From positions 1,550,001-1,614,000 of the forward strand of contig NW_027590123.1 in NCBI RefSeq assembly GCF_964213995.1: a stretch of DNA of 64,000 nt. The letters are read 5' to 3'. A program made the translations under genes and the position numbers. The DNA comes from Mustelus asterias. Taxonomy: Eukaryota. Under the pieces are notes generated by a model. The model had not been told where the DNA came from. It did no database searches and worked only from the letters and a program-made list of their open reading frames with translations. Position 1 is the stretch's first letter, and every line of letters begins with the position of its first letter. Shown here piece by piece: positions 1 to 12,584 of this stretch.

Positions 1-810
1 ACTCTCTCCTCAAGGTGCTGACTGTCTGTCGCGGTGCCCCAGTGTCCCCCTCAAACACTCTCCGCAAGGCGCTGTCTGTTCCGGTGTCCCAGTTTCCCCC
101 TCTCACAATCTCCTCAAGGTGCTGCTTGTCTGTCCTGGTGTCCCCCGCTCACAGTCTCCTCAAGGTGCTGCTTGTCTGTCCCTGTGTCCCCCTCCCATAC
201 TCTCCTCAAGGTGCTGCTTGTCTGTCCCGGTGTCCCACTGTCCTCCTCTCACATTCTCCTCAAGGTGCTGACTGTCTGTCTCGGTGTCCCAGTGCCCCCC
301 CTCTCGCACTCTCCTCAAGGTGCAGACTGTCTGTCTCGCTGCCCCACTGTCCCCCTCTCACATTCTGCTCAAGGTGCTGACTGTCTGTCCAAGTGTCCCA
401 GTGTCCCCCTCTCACACTCTCGTCAAGGTGCTGACTGTCTGTCCCGGTGAACCAGTTTCCCCTCTCACACTCTCCTCAAGGTGCTGCTTGTCTGTCCCAG
501 TGTCCAACTGTCCCCCTCTCACACTCTCCTCATGGTGCTGACTGTCTGTCCCGGTGTCCCAGTGTCCTCCGCTCACACTCTCCCAAAGGTGCTGCTGACT
601 CTGTTTAGGTGTCCCAATGTCCCCCTCTCACACTCTCCTCAAGGTGCTAACTGTCTGTCGCGGTGTCCCAGTGTCCCCCGCTCACACTCTCCGCAAGGTG
701 CTGACTGTCTGTCGCGGTGTCCCAGTGTCCCCCGCTCACACTCTCCTCAAGGTGCTGCTGACTCTGTTTCGGTGTCTCGGTGCCCTTCTCCCACACTCTC
801 CTCAACTCAC
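1..810. repeat. ~54-bp minisatellite (CTCAAGGTGCTGACTGTCTGTCCCGGTGTCCCAGTGTCCCCCTCTCACACTCTC), runs off left edge
   Basis: About 15 tandem copies; overlapping ORFs show 18-aa periodicity (SHSPQGADCLSRCPSVPL). Confidence 0.9.
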
Positions 811-884
811 TCTTGCCTCCTTACAACCTCACAATAGAAAATGCTGAGAAGGATTGATGTGAAGCTTCTTGATCAGGTTCTTCT

Positions 885-1070
885 GTACATAACACTGCGA
901 GATAGTTCTATCTGAGGCCTCAGATAGTACTGTAGGTAACACTGAGAGATATTTCTATCTGAAGTCTCAGATTGTGCCGTACATAACAGTAAGGGATAGT
1001 TCAATCTGAAGACTCTAGCTAAGACTGCACTGTACGTTATGCTGACAGATTGATCCGTGTGAAGTTCCTT
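885..1070. repeat. Degenerate ~47-bp tandem repeat
   Basis: Recurring GTAcaTAACAcTgagaGATAgTTCtATCTGAagtCTCagat, 3-4 copies. Confidence 0.55.
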
Positions 1071-1189
1071 ACTAAGGTGGTTCTGTAATGAGCTTTACAC
1101 AAGATCTGCTACAGCCTGGATTTAGCAATCTATATCAACGTTGATTAATGTTAACTTCATCTAAAAACTACGACCATGATACCCATAAG

Positions 1190-1985
1190 GCAATAAGGTA
1201 TAGGAACAGAATTAGGCCATTAGGCCCATCGAGCCAACTCCACCATTCAATTCTGGCTGATAAGATTCTCAAACCCATTTTCCTGCTTTCTCCCCGTAAC
1301 CCTTGATCACTGTAACAGTCAAGAACCTATCTAGCTCTTTCTTTCATACATTCAATTACCTGGCCTCCACAGCCTTGTGTGGCAATGAATTCCACAGATT
1401 CACCACCCTCTGGCTGAAGAAATTCGTCCTCGTCTCAGTTCTAAACTAAGACGTCTCACAACAGCAGGTTAAAGTCTCAGAGGTTTATTTGGAATCCCGA
1501 GCTTTTGGAACGCTGCTCCTTCATCAGGAGAGTGGCCAACTGGTGTTGTGAGACTTCTTACTGGGCACATCCCAGTCCAACGCCGACATCTCCACATCAC
1601 ATTTATAAAGGACCATCCCTTTCCTCTGAGTCTGTCCTCGGGTCCAAGTCTCCCCTACTAATGGAAACATCTTCCCCAAGTGCACTCTATCCAGGCTTTT
1701 CATTATTCTGTAAGTTTCAATGTGATCCCCTTCCTCATACTTCCAAACTGCATCGAGTATGGACCCCCAGTCCTCAGACGCTCATCATGTGTCAAGCCTT
1801 TAATTCCCCGGATCATTCTTGTGAACCTGCTCTGGACCCTCTCCAAGGCCAGCACATCCTTCCTTATATACGGGGCCCAGAATTACTGACAATATTCTGA
1901 ATGTGGTCTGATCAGAGTGTTATAAACCCTCAGCATTACACTCCTGCTTTTGTATTCTCATCGTCTCGAAATTAACGCTAGCAGA
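1190..1985 (-). mobile_element. CR1 LINE 3' fragment, interrupted by a Penelope remnant
   Basis: Clearly similar to the CR1 3' end at 9420-10100 (TAGGCCAT..GCCC.TCGAGCC; GAATTCCACAGATTCACCACCCTCTGG). Confidence 0.8.
1447..1600. mobile_element. Penelope-like element terminal remnant with degenerate hammerhead motif on - strand
   Basis: Same family as 49272-49490; minus strand reads CTGATGA-A-GGAGC-AGC-GTTCC-AAAA-GCTC. Confidence 0.65.
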
Positions 1986-2204
1986 GGGATCTCTGCTATA
2001 TGGGACTAATATTGAAAAAAATTACCGTATAACCCGACATTATTTCCAACTTTCCATGCCTCCCTGACCGTCAACATCCCACCTCGGCTGTAAATTTTCT
2101 ACTTTGGGTTTAAAAAGTGTTGGATTGAAGGGGGTTAAGTGAAGCTGTTTGTTTAGTGAATGTAATTGATGTGAGTCTCCATGGATCCGATTAGTGTGCC
2201 TGGA

Positions 2205-2228
2205 GGGATTTCCCTCTTCTATTAATAA
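2205..2228 (+). promoter_or_regulatory. NF-kB-consensus site (GGGATTTCCC) plus TATA-like element (TATTAATAA) upstream of GPCR gene 1
   Basis: Motifs at 2205-2214 and 2220-2228; same arrangement upstream of the paralogue at 41879-41902. Confidence 0.55.
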
Positions 2229-2292
2229 GGGGTTCCGTTCAATGTGTTGTCCCCTTGAGTCAGCGGGAGCGACAACTCCGACACTAACAGAG

Positions 2293-2506
2293 ATGAGCGG
2301 CTATGAAGAGAGAGGGAGGGAGAGGAGAGATCAAAATCTGGGAGAAATCGATTGGAATCTTCCAGTTAAGGACAGGAGTTTATTCCTGTGGATTTCTTTT
2401 TTTACTGCAGATGATTCGTGGTTGACATCAGTTGATCGGATTGAATATCTACTGCACGTGATTCAATGCTTTTACTATCCCCTCCTGGCGATTGTTGGTG
2501 TACCGG
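2293..2506 (+). CDS. GPR139-like GPCR gene 1, coding exon 1 (N-terminus and start of TM1)
   Basis: ATG 2293; ...RIEYLLHVIQCFYYPLLAIVGVP then phase-1 donor G|GTAAGT (intron from 2507); splices in frame to 7331. Start codon choice uncertain (a possible acceptor lies at 2410). Confidence 0.8.
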
Positions 2507-3008
2507 GTAAGTCCCTGGCTGGAATTGTACCGGCCCGACAGCCACGGGAATCGGAGCAGGCGAGGGGTGGAGCATGGGAAGGTCTGTTGAACACGGGTGG
2601 GATTTTGCAGCTTCAAGAAGAGTGAGGCTGTAAAGTCCCGTCCCCTGTGTCCAGTTCATAATTCTAGAAAGGCTGTTTCACTGTATTGATTTTCTTGTCA
2701 TTTTCTGTACTGGGTTTGCTGCTCTTGTTGTTTCTGTTGAATCTCTGTATCCAGTTATTAATTCGTTCAGCCACTGACATTGCCTCAGGGCCTATGGGCT
2801 AAGATGTCTTCTGTGTGCTGTGACTTCCCATAGACATGTGACCTCAAACGCTATTCCTTCGTGAGTAAAAGATTGAGACAGAATCCGTTTTACCCTCTAC
2901 AAATAACACCAGTTCTCTGGTAATCACCACCCAGTCACCAGAACGCAGAATCCATTTTATTGGTCATATGTGCACAGCAAGACCTCACAGAGAGAAAACA
3001 TGATTTGT

Positions 3009-3300
3009 AAAGTTTATTCATTCATGCCACAAATATGAGAACATTAACATTGCAATGAAGTAACTGTGAAAATCCCCAAGTCACCACACTCCAGCGCTTG
3101 TACACTGACGGAGACTTTAACATGGCCAATGCACCTAACCAGCACAACTTTCAGAGTGTGGGAGGAAACCGTAGCACTTGGAGGAAACCCACGCCGACAC
3201 AGGGAGAATGTGCAGTATCTGCACAGACAGTGGCCAAGCCTGCAATTGAAGCAGGACCTCTGGTGCTGTGAGGCAAAAATGCTATCCCCTGTGCCTCCAC
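3009..3300 (-). mobile_element. tRNA-derived V-SINE (HE1-like), AATAAACTT-tail type
   Basis: tRNA-like head, V-domain GGGTTTCCTCC..GTGCT..GGTTTCCTCCCACA; matches 42585-42870. Confidence 0.8.
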
Positions 3301-3529
3301 GAGCTCTCCGAGAGCAACAGGAACACAAACTCACAGACACACCCAAACGCACACACATTAATACACACATTTGTGGGTTAGATGGATTGGCCAGGATATG
3401 CTGGACTTAGTGTCAGGGAGAATTGCTTGGGTAAATGCATGGGGTTATGGGGATATCGCCTGGGTGGGATTGTGCTCAGTGCAGACTAACTGGGCCGTTA
3501 TAAGAATGATTCCTGTAATCTAAGGTTTT

Positions 3530-4015
3530 CCTCGTCAATATTTGCCACACCAGCAATTTTTGTATCATCTGCGAATTTACTGATCATACCTCACACATTC
3601 ATGTCTAGATCATCAATGTACACTACAAACAGCAAGGGAACAACATCGATCCCTTTGGAACCCCACTGAACACAGGCTTGCAGTCACAAAAGCAACCTTC
3701 GACCATCACCCTCTGCCCCCTGCCACTCAGCCAATTTTGAATCTGATTTACCAAATTGACCTGGTTCCAATCGGAATCACTTCCTTGTTCAGTCTCCCAT
3801 ATTTGTCAATAGCTTTTCTGAAGAACACGTAGACTACATCGACTGCACTTCCCTCATGTACTCATCCAGTCACCTCCTTAATATATTCCAGCGAATTATT
3901 AGACATGATCTCCCCCTGACAAAGGCATGCTGACTATTGTTCACAACTCCTTACCTCTCGAAGTGGAGATTAATTATGTCCTTCAAATTGTTTTCCAATC
4001 ATTTCCCTACCACGG
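3530..4015 (-). mobile_element. Decayed CR1 RT fragment
   Basis: Minus strand shows RT-like SGVPKGS and KFADDTK remnants. Confidence 0.65.
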
Positions 4016-4467
4016 ATATGGTGATGATGGTGTCCTGGGCGTGATCTTGGATATCTCCAGGGCACCTTGCAGGATGGCAGTATGGCACAGTGGTTAGCAC
4101 TGCTGCCTCACAGCATCAGGGATCCAATTTCAATTCCTGGGTTTCCATCAGCACTAGCGAAGCTTTTTTTTAAACTTTGTTCCATTCTCACATCTCGCCA
4201 GTTGGGATTTCTCCTATTACAAGAACGTGTGTTGTTCCTCTGGAAAGTATTCACTGTGAGCAAGTCCAGTTTCTCGCAGCTCCCCAATGTCCACATTCAG
4301 TCTTGTAAATTCAGTCTCGATCACAGCCGTCCTGTGTACATCATCAACCTGCATAAGTTCATTGGTATGTTTGTGCTGGTTGTGCTGATGTTTCAGCTTG
4401 AGATTCGAAAGACTTATTTGATTTGATTTGAATTGATTTGGTTTATTATTTCACATATAATAGATAT

Positions 4468-5076
4468 GTGATCCAAGCCAGGAATCGAACTCAGGTCTCC
4501 GTGAGATAGCAGTGCTAACCATTGTGCCATCGTTCTGCCTACTCAAGAACAGCTTCTTCTCTGCTGCCATCTGACGTTTTAGTGGACCCACATCGCATTA
4601 AGATGATCTTTTTCTACACCCTAGCTATGATTGCAACATTACATTCTGCACTCTCTCCTTCTCTCTGTACAGGGTTACAGTATTACAGAGTTCAGTGTTG
4701 GGCCAGGGAGATGGCGTCTGTGGACCTGTTGGGGAGGTAGGTGAACTGTAGTGTATCCAGGCAATCTGGGAGGCCGGAATTGATTCATGCCATGCCTAAC
4801 TTTTTGATCCATTTCATAACATTGGATATACAGTAAAAAGTGCTGTTGCTTGAGTGCCATACAGACAAAGCATACTGTACAAAGAGAAGGAGATAGTGCA
4901 GAATGTAATGTTGCAGTCATAGCTAGGATGAAGTAAACGATCATCTTAATGCAATGTGGGTCCATTCAAACGTCTGATGGCAGCAGAGAAGCTGTTCTTG
5001 AGTCGGCAGTATGGTGGCACAATGGTTAGCGCTGCTGTCTCACAGGAACCTGAGTTCGATTCCTGGCTTGGATCAC
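4468..5076. repeat. ~200-bp inverted repeat (4468-4671 / 4875-5076)
   Basis: Arms are reverse complements and both contain the Rex1-tail/SINE-head junction. Confidence 0.8.
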
Positions 5077-6410
5077 TGTCTCTGTAGACTTTGCACATTC
5101 CACCCGTCTGTGAATGGGTTAGCTCCGGACGCTCCGGTTTTCACCCACAGTCCAAAATGTGCAGGTTCGGTTGATTGGCCATGTTAACTGCCCATTAGCG
5201 TCCCGGGATATGTATGTTTGGGGGATGAGCAGGCTACATATGTGGGACTTTGGGGATAGGGTGGGATTGTTGTTGGTGTAGACTCGGTGGGTCAAATGGC
5301 CCCCTTCTGCACTCTAGTTTTTCTATGATTCTATGAGTCGGTTGGTCCATGTCCTCGCACATTTTTAATCTTTTTCTCTGTTGGAACAAGTGCGAAGAGT
5401 TTATGTCCGTGGTGCGCTATTCCTTAATTAGGCTGGTTGCTTTTGCGAGGTAACGGGCAGTTTAGACAGAGTTAATGAGTGGGAGGTTGATTTGAGTGAT
5501 GGACTGGTCTGCATTCACCAAGCTTTGAAGTTTCTTGCAGTCTTGGACAGAGCAGCAGCCATACCAAGCTAGAATGTTGTTTATGGTGCATCTGTAAAAG
5601 TTGGTGAGAGTCGCAGCTGACATGCCAAATGTCCGTAAACCTTTGAGAAAATAGAGGCGTTCGCAGGCATTTCTAATTATAGGGATGTCATGGAGGAACC
5701 AGGAAACGTTTTACGTGATCTGGACACTAAAATGTGAAGCTCTGGACCATTTCAACTTCATCCCATTGATGTAGATAGGGGCATGTACTCCACTATGCTT
5801 CCAAAAGTCGATTTGCTTTGTTGACATTGAGGAAGAGATCATTGTTGTCGCCCTTGTCTCTTCCTTGTTCTCTGTCTCATCGTTGCCTGAGATCCGACCC
5901 ACTGCAGGTGTCATCAGCAAACGTGGAAATCGAGTTGGAGGGGAATTTGGTCACACAGTCACGAACGTATAAGGAGTATAGTAAGGGGCTGAGGACGCAG
6001 CCTTGTGGGGCACCGCTGTTGAGGATGATTGTGAAGGAGATGTTGTTGATTGTCCTTAATTTTTCTGTCCATGGATTGGAAAGTTCAGGATCCAATTGCA
6101 GAGGCAGGAGCCAAGCCCAGGGCCACGGACTTTGGACATGTGTTTCGTGGGACTAATGGTGTTGCAGGCTGAGCTGTAGTCGATAAACACGAGTCTGTGT
6201 TCCAGGGTTCACTGTCGGGCCAGGGAGATGGCATTGTGGATCTGTTGTGAATGTCAATGAACTGTCGAGGATCCAGGCAATCTTGGAAGCCGGAACTGAT
6301 TCATACCATGGCTAACCTTTTGATGCATTTCATAATATTTGATATCACAGTCACCGGACGATAGTTATTAAGGCAGCCTGCTTGGCTTTTCCTTTGGTAC
6401 TGGCCTTTGT
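4830..6410 (-). mobile_element. Rex1/Babar-type LINE, decayed RT and 3' region
   Basis: ORF 5877..6095 LNSGAPQGCVLSPLLYSLY...FADDT, typical of Rex1 RT. Confidence 0.8.
5007..5333 (+). mobile_element. V-SINE (HE1-like, CR1-type tail) inserted in the Rex1 LINE
   Basis: A/B-box head TGGCACAATGG...GAGTTCGATTCC, (TTCTATGA)n tail, TSD TGAGTCGG at 4999-5006 and 5334-5341. Confidence 0.85.
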
Positions 6411-7032
6411 TTGAGTTTTACCTGAAGAATAGATTGGCAACCAAGAGAGGACTCATGCAGCTGCCCTGGTCCGAGAGAGGACTCATGCAGCTGCACTGGT
6501 CCAGTCCACCAAGGTGGGACAGCAGCAATCGCACTGAGTATTATGGATGATAGCTATTCCCTGAACCCTGAAGCTTTCTCCCACTCTTGAAAGCAAACAC
6601 TGGAAGTTGTGTTCTGTGCCAATCGAGTGTGAGATTCCTATTTCCTCCTGTGTTGTGCTAACAGTGGCCACAATGCTGGGATTTCCTCTCCAGGGTGCTG
6701 TTCTGTGTAAATATAATAGAGATTCTGTGCTGTCAAGGCATCAGGATCTCCCTCTGCCAACTGTTAGTATTGTCCAGAGGCAAGGGTCAAACGAGCCCTC
6801 TTTGGTATCAGCTCTGTTTCAGGGGTTGTCAGTAAACTGTCTGAGAGACGACAGATTACCAACTACAGGACTCCAGTCTGGATTTTCTGTCAGGGTTTAC
6901 TCCCTCATCCTTCTTACCCTCCAAATCCCCCACAAGGTACAGGGGCTATTTACTTGTAGCTGAGTGAGGGTCATTGTTGTGGACTCCCCGGAAAACTCTC
7001 TCCCAAATGTATACCACTGTGTTGCTACCATG

Positions 7033-7200
7033 GAGCAGCACGATCACAGTGGTTAGCACTGCTGACTCACAGCGTCAGGGACCTGGGTTCATTTCCACGC
7101 TTGGGTCACTGTCTGTGTGGAGTTTGGACCTTCTTCCCGTGCCTGCGTGGGTTTCTTCCGGATGCTCCACTTGCCTCTCACACTGCAAATGACGTGCTGG
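7033..7200 (+). mobile_element. V-SINE 5' fragment
   Basis: CACAGTGGTTAGCACTGCTG..TCACAGCG head plus V-domain. Confidence 0.75.
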
Positions 7201-7330
7201 ATTTTTAAAAAAAGATTTAAATGATTTTATGTGTGTACATTCTTGTTTATTTCAACCCTTCCTCAGTCCAAATCGTAACTTCTTTCCCGGAATCGTGTCT
7301 AATTCTATTCTTTATTTCCCTTCCTGACAG

Positions 7331-8232
7331 TGAACATAATCACAATTGTGACACTGACGAGCAGAAACTGTGGTCTGTCCAAATGTGTCACTCGTTACCT
7401 GGTGGCCATGTCAGCGGGGGATCTGCTGGTCGTTATCCTCGACCTGATATTGAGACACATTCCCAGTATTTATTGGATACAGTTTTATTTCCTGAGCTCT
7501 GTCCCCGTGTGTAACATCCACGCCGTCCTGCTTTATGCAGCCACTGACTGTTCTGTCTGGTTCACCGTCACTTTCACCTTTGATCGATTTGTGGCCATTT
7601 GCTGCCCCAAGCTGAAAAGTAAATATTGCAGTGAGAAATCAGCGGCTGTGGGTCTGGGAACAGTGACGGCGCTGAGCTGTTTAAAGAACATTTTCTGGTA
7701 TTTTATGTTATTAAATGAATATTCGCTGGCGAACGACCCCTGGTTTTGTGTTGCCACAATGGCTGTTACGGAATCTCCTGTCTGGGGAACAATCGAGTTC
7801 CTCCACTACATTCTAACCCCGACTGTCCCATTCATCCTGATTCTGCTTCTCAACGCTTTCACCGTCAGACACATTTTAGTGAGCAGCAGAGCCCGCAGGA
7901 GACTCCGGGCTCACAGCAGTGGGGAGAATCCCAGAGATCCAGAGATGGAGAGTCGCAGGAAATCGATCATTTTACTGTTTGTTATCTCAGCCAATTTCAT
8001 CCTCTTATGGTCGACATTAATGGTTTATTCTATATGGCGTCGGATGTATGGTTTGGGCTATCGGTCAGTAATGTTAGATTATTTCGTTATGGAATTTGGT
8101 TTCATGCTGCAACTCACAAGTTGCTGTACAAACACTGCCATTTATGCTGTGACACAGACTCAATTCAGACAGCAGTTGAAAAGTCTGCTGAAATGTCGTC
8201 TTCCTGCAATTCTTCAACTCATTAGACCGTGA
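7331..8232 (+). CDS. GPR139-like GPCR gene 1, coding exon 2 (TM1-TM7; spliced product ~371 aa)
   Basis: Acceptor TTCCTGACAG at 7330; NIITIVTL, YLVAMSAGDLLV, SVWFTVTFTFDRFVAICC, PFILILLLN, RRKSIILLF, CCTNTAIY; open to TGA. Confidence 0.9.
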
Positions 8233-8299
8233 GAGTAAACTGCAACCACAAGACCCCTGACTCTTCCTATTGGACATTCAAACTATAAATAACAAACAG

Positions 8300-8670
8300 C
8301 CTCACAGAGACAGAAAGAGTGACAGTTAGAGAGAGAGAGAGCAGTGAGAGCAACAGTGAGAGTGAGAGAGAGACAGAGATTGACAGAGAGAGGGAAGGGC
8401 ACAAATACATGGAGCGTGATAGATTTTGAAAGAGTTTCTAACAGATTCAGTGAAAGAAACAGAGAGAGCGAGAGAGAGACAGGCAGACAGAAAGGACAGA
8501 GACAGATAGGGACACTCACAGAGCGAGAGAAACAGGGATAGAGATTGTAGGAATTGGGGAGGGAGATGGACAGGGAATGAGAAAGGGAGACAGAGGGAGA
8601 CAGACGGAAGGATGTAATGAGAGAGGGAGACTAAGACGGAAAGGGAGATAGAAAGGGAGACAGAGAGAAA
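8300..8670. repeat. GA-rich simple repeat
   Basis: (GAGA/GACA)n purine tract. Confidence 0.8.
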
Positions 8671-8671
8671 C

Positions 8672-11600
8672 AGCTAAAAACGGAGGGAGCTCTGGAGGAG
8701 TACAAAGAAAGTGGGAAAGAACTCAAATGGGGAATTAGAAGGGCAAAAAGGGATCACGAAATGTCCTTGGCAGACAGGATCAAGGAGAATCCCAAGGCAT
8801 TTTATTCATACGTTAGGAACAAAAGGGTTGTCAGGGAAAAAATCGGACCTCTCAGGGACAAAAGTGGGGAATTATGCTTGGAGCCCAAACAAGTAGGGGA
8901 GATACTAAATGAATACTTTGCGTCGGTATTCACAAAGGAGAGGGATGTGTTGACTGGGAGTGTCTCGGAGGGGAGTGTTGAACAGTTGGAGAAAATCTCC
9001 ATTACAAGGGAGAAAGTGTTAGATTTGTTAGAGAATATAAAGACTGACAAATCCCCAGGGCCTGATGGAATCAATCCAAGGCTGCTCAGGGAGATGAGAG
9101 ATTAAATCGCTTGGCCTCTGACGCAAATCTTTGTCTCGTCACTGGACGCAGGTGAGGTCCTAGAGGATTGGAGGATAGCTAATGTGGTCCCGTTATTTAA
9201 GAAGGATAGGAAGAATAACCCGGGTAATTATAGGCCGGTGAGCTTGATGTCCGTGGTGGGGAAGTTGTTGGAGAAGATTCTTAGAGATAGGATGTATGCG
9301 CATTTAGAAAGGAATAAACTCATTAACGATAGGCAGCATGGTTTTGTGAGAGGGAGGTCATGCCTCACTAACCTGGTGGAGTTTGTTGAAGGAGTGACCT
9401 GAATGGTTGACAATGGAAGAACATAAGAACATAAGAACATAAGAAACATAAGAAATAGGAGCAGGAGTAGGCCATCTAGCCCCTCGAGCCTGCCCCGCCA
9501 TTCAATAAGATCATGGCTGATCTGACGTGGATCAGTACCACTTACCCGCCTGATCCCCATAACCCTTAATTCCCTTACCGCTCAGGAATCCATCCATCCG
9601 CGCTTTAAACATATTCAGCGAGGTAGCCTCCACCACCTCAGTGGGCAGAGAATTCCAGAGATTCACCACCCTCTGGGAGAAGAAGTTCCTCCTCAACTCT
9701 GTCTTAAACCGACCCCCCTTTATTTTGAGGCTGTGTCCTCTAGTTTTAACTTCCTTACTAAGTGGAAAGAATCTCTCCGCCTCCACCCTATCCAGCCCCC
9801 GCATTATCTTATAAGTCTCCATAAGATCCCCCCTCATCCTTCTAAACTCCAACGAGTACAAACCCAATCTCCTCAGCCTCTCCTCATAATCCAAACCCCT
9901 CATCTCCGGTATCAACCTGGTGAACCTTCTCTGCACTCCCTCCAATGCCAATATATCCTTCCTCATATAAGGGGACCAATACTGCACACAGTATTCCAGC
10001 TGCGGCCTCACCAATGCCCTGTACAGGTGCATCAAGACATCCCTGCTTTTATATTCTATCCCCCTCGCAATATAGGCCAACATCCCATTTGCCTTCTTGA
10101 TCACCTGTTGTACCTGCAGACTGGGCTTTTGCGTCTCATGCACAAGGACCCCCAGGTCCCTTTGCACGGTAGCATGTTTTAATTTGTTTCCATTGAGATA
10201 GTAATCCCATTTGTTATTATTTCCTCCAAAGTGTATAACCTCGCATTTATCAACGTTATACTCCATTTGCCATATCCTCGCCCACTCACTCAGCCTGTCC
10301 AAATCTCTCTGCAGATCTTCTCCGTCCTCCACACGATTCACTTTTCCACTTATCTTTGTGTAGTCTGCAAACTTCGTTACCCTACACTCCGTCCCCTCCT
10401 CCAGATCATCTATATAAATGGTAAACAGTTGCGGCCCGAGTACCGATCCCTGCGGCACGCCACTAGTTACCTTCCTCCAACCGGAAAAACACCCATTTAT
10501 TCCGACTCTTTGCTTCCTGTCGGATAGCCAGTCCCCAATCCACTTTAACACACTACCCCCAACTCCGTGTGCCCTAATCTTCTTCAGCAGCCTTTTATGG
10601 GGCACCTTATCAAACGCCTTTTGGAAATCCAAAAACACCGCATCCACCGGTTCTCCTCCATCAACCGCCCTCGTCACATCTTCATAAAAATCCAACATGT
10701 TCGTCAAGCACGACTTTCCCCTCATGAATCCATGCTGCGTCTGATTGATCGAACCATTTCTATCCAGATGCCCTGCTATCTCCTCCTTAATAATGGATTC
10801 CAGCATTTTCCCTACTACAGACGTTAAGCTGACCGGCCTATAGTTACCCGCCTTTTGTCTCCTTCCTTTTTTAAACAGCGGCGTAACATTAGCCGTTTTC
10901 CAATCAACCGGAAGGGTCGTGGATGTCGTCTATATGGACTTTAGTAAAGCGTTTGACAAAGTCCCTCATGGTAGGCTGGTGAAAAATGTTGGATGTCATG
11001 GGATAAAGGGGAAGTTGGCTAGATGGGTGGAGAACTGGCTTGGTCACAGATGACAGAGGGTGGTAGTGGAAGGGTCTTTTTCCGGCTGGATGCCTGTGAC
11101 TAGTGGTGTTCCGCAGGGCTCTGTATTGGGACTTCTGCTGTTTGTGATTCATATAAACGATCTGGAAGAAGGTGTAACTGGGGTGATCAGTAAGTTTGCG
11201 GACGACACAAAATTGGCAGGACTTGCAGATAGTGAGTAGCATTGGCAGAAGCTAGAGAAGGATATAGATAGGCTGGAAATTTGGGCAAAGAAATGGCAGA
11301 TGGAGTTCAATCCTGATGAATGCGAAGTGAGGCATTTTTGTGGAAATAATGTAGGGAGGAGCTATACGATAAATGGCAGAATCATAAAGGGTGTAGATAC
11401 GCAGTGGGACCGGGGTGTGCAAGTCCACAGATCTTTGAAGGTGACGTCACAGGTGGAGAAGGTGGTGAAGAAGGCATATGGCATGCTTGCCTTTTTAGGA
11501 CGGGGCATAGAGTATAAAAGTTGGGGTCTGATGTTGCAGATGTATAGAACGTTGGTTCGGCCGCATTTGGAATACTGCGTCCAGTTCTGGTCGCCACACT

Positions 11601-12095
11601 ACCAGAAGGACGTGAAGGCTTTGGAGAGAGTACAGAGGAGGTTTACCAGGATGTTGCCTGGTATGGAGGGGCTTAGTTATGAGGAGAGATTGTGTAAACT
11701 GGGTTTGTTCTCCCTGGAAAGACGGAGGATGAGGGGAGACTTAATAGAGGTGTATAAAATTATGAAAGGCATAGATAGGGTGAACGGTGGGAAGCTTTTC
11801 CCCAGGTCGGTAGTGACGTTCACGAGGGGTCATAGGTTCAAGGTGAAGGGGGGGAGGTTTAACACAGATATCAGAAGGACGTATTTTACACAGAGGGTGG
11901 TGGGGGCCTGGAATGCGCTGCCAGGCAAGGCGGTGGAGGCGGACACACTGGGAACGTTTAAGACTTATCTAGATAGCCATATGAACAGAGTGGGAATGGA
12001 GGGATACAAAAGAGTGGTCTAGTTTGGACCAGGGAGCGACACGAGCTTGGAGGGCCGAAAGGCCTGTTCCTGTGCTGTATTGTTCTTTGTTCTTT
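8672..12095 (+). mobile_element. CR1 LINE (5'-truncated ORF2, disrupted), split by a nested CR1
   Basis: ORFs 8761..9105, 9184..9402, 11300..12022 (KENPKAFYSY, NYRPVSL, RPHLEYCVQFWSP); (TGTTCTT)n tail. Confidence 0.92.
9420..10909 (-). mobile_element. Young 5'-truncated CR1 nested in opposite orientation; open RT ORF 9532..10806
   Basis: 424-aa RT ORF, (TTCTTATG)n tail, TSD GGAAG at 9415-9419 and 10910-10914. Confidence 0.93.
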
Positions 12096-12584
12096 GTTTT
12101 TGTTCACTTCCGACGCTGAGCAGGAGGAACCGGACCCAACATTGAAACTCCAAAAAAGGCTTCCAAGGCAGTCAGTCCTCGGCGGTTATTCAGACCTAAA
12201 GGGAGTGGGTGCAATGACTTCAATCAGTTTCATGAGTTGGACATGGGCAGATATAGACTACCGAACTGAGGCCTGTTAAATCTGCCCTCTCAGGGAGCTC
12301 CACAGAGTGCAAGCTGCAGACAGTGAAGCACTGAGAGTTGGGGTAAGTGTGGGAGTTTTGGGAAGTGGATGGAGATGTATTGCTGTGTCTTGTGTCTCTT
12401 ACTGCTAGGTCCAGTGCGGATCGGTGTCGACCAGACATTACAGTTCAGAAAGTGACGTGGGACCAATGGAAGCAGGGGTAAGGTGAGTAAGGTCTTGGAA
12501 GGAACACTGAGGGATTTTTCCGAGCAGCTCCTGCTGATGTCATATCTTCAGGAAAGGCTCCTGATGTTTCTTTTATGTTCTGGA

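Noticed and set aside
15-847. Cys/Pro/Ser-rich ORFs in three frames
   Set aside because: By-product of a stop-poor 54-bp minisatellite
6441-6503. 31-bp tandem duplication (GAGAGGACTCATGCAGCTGC.CTGGTCC)
   Set aside because: Ordinary local slippage duplication
9733-10827. Plus-strand ORFs overlapping the nested CR1
   Set aside because: Antisense shadow frames of the RT ORF
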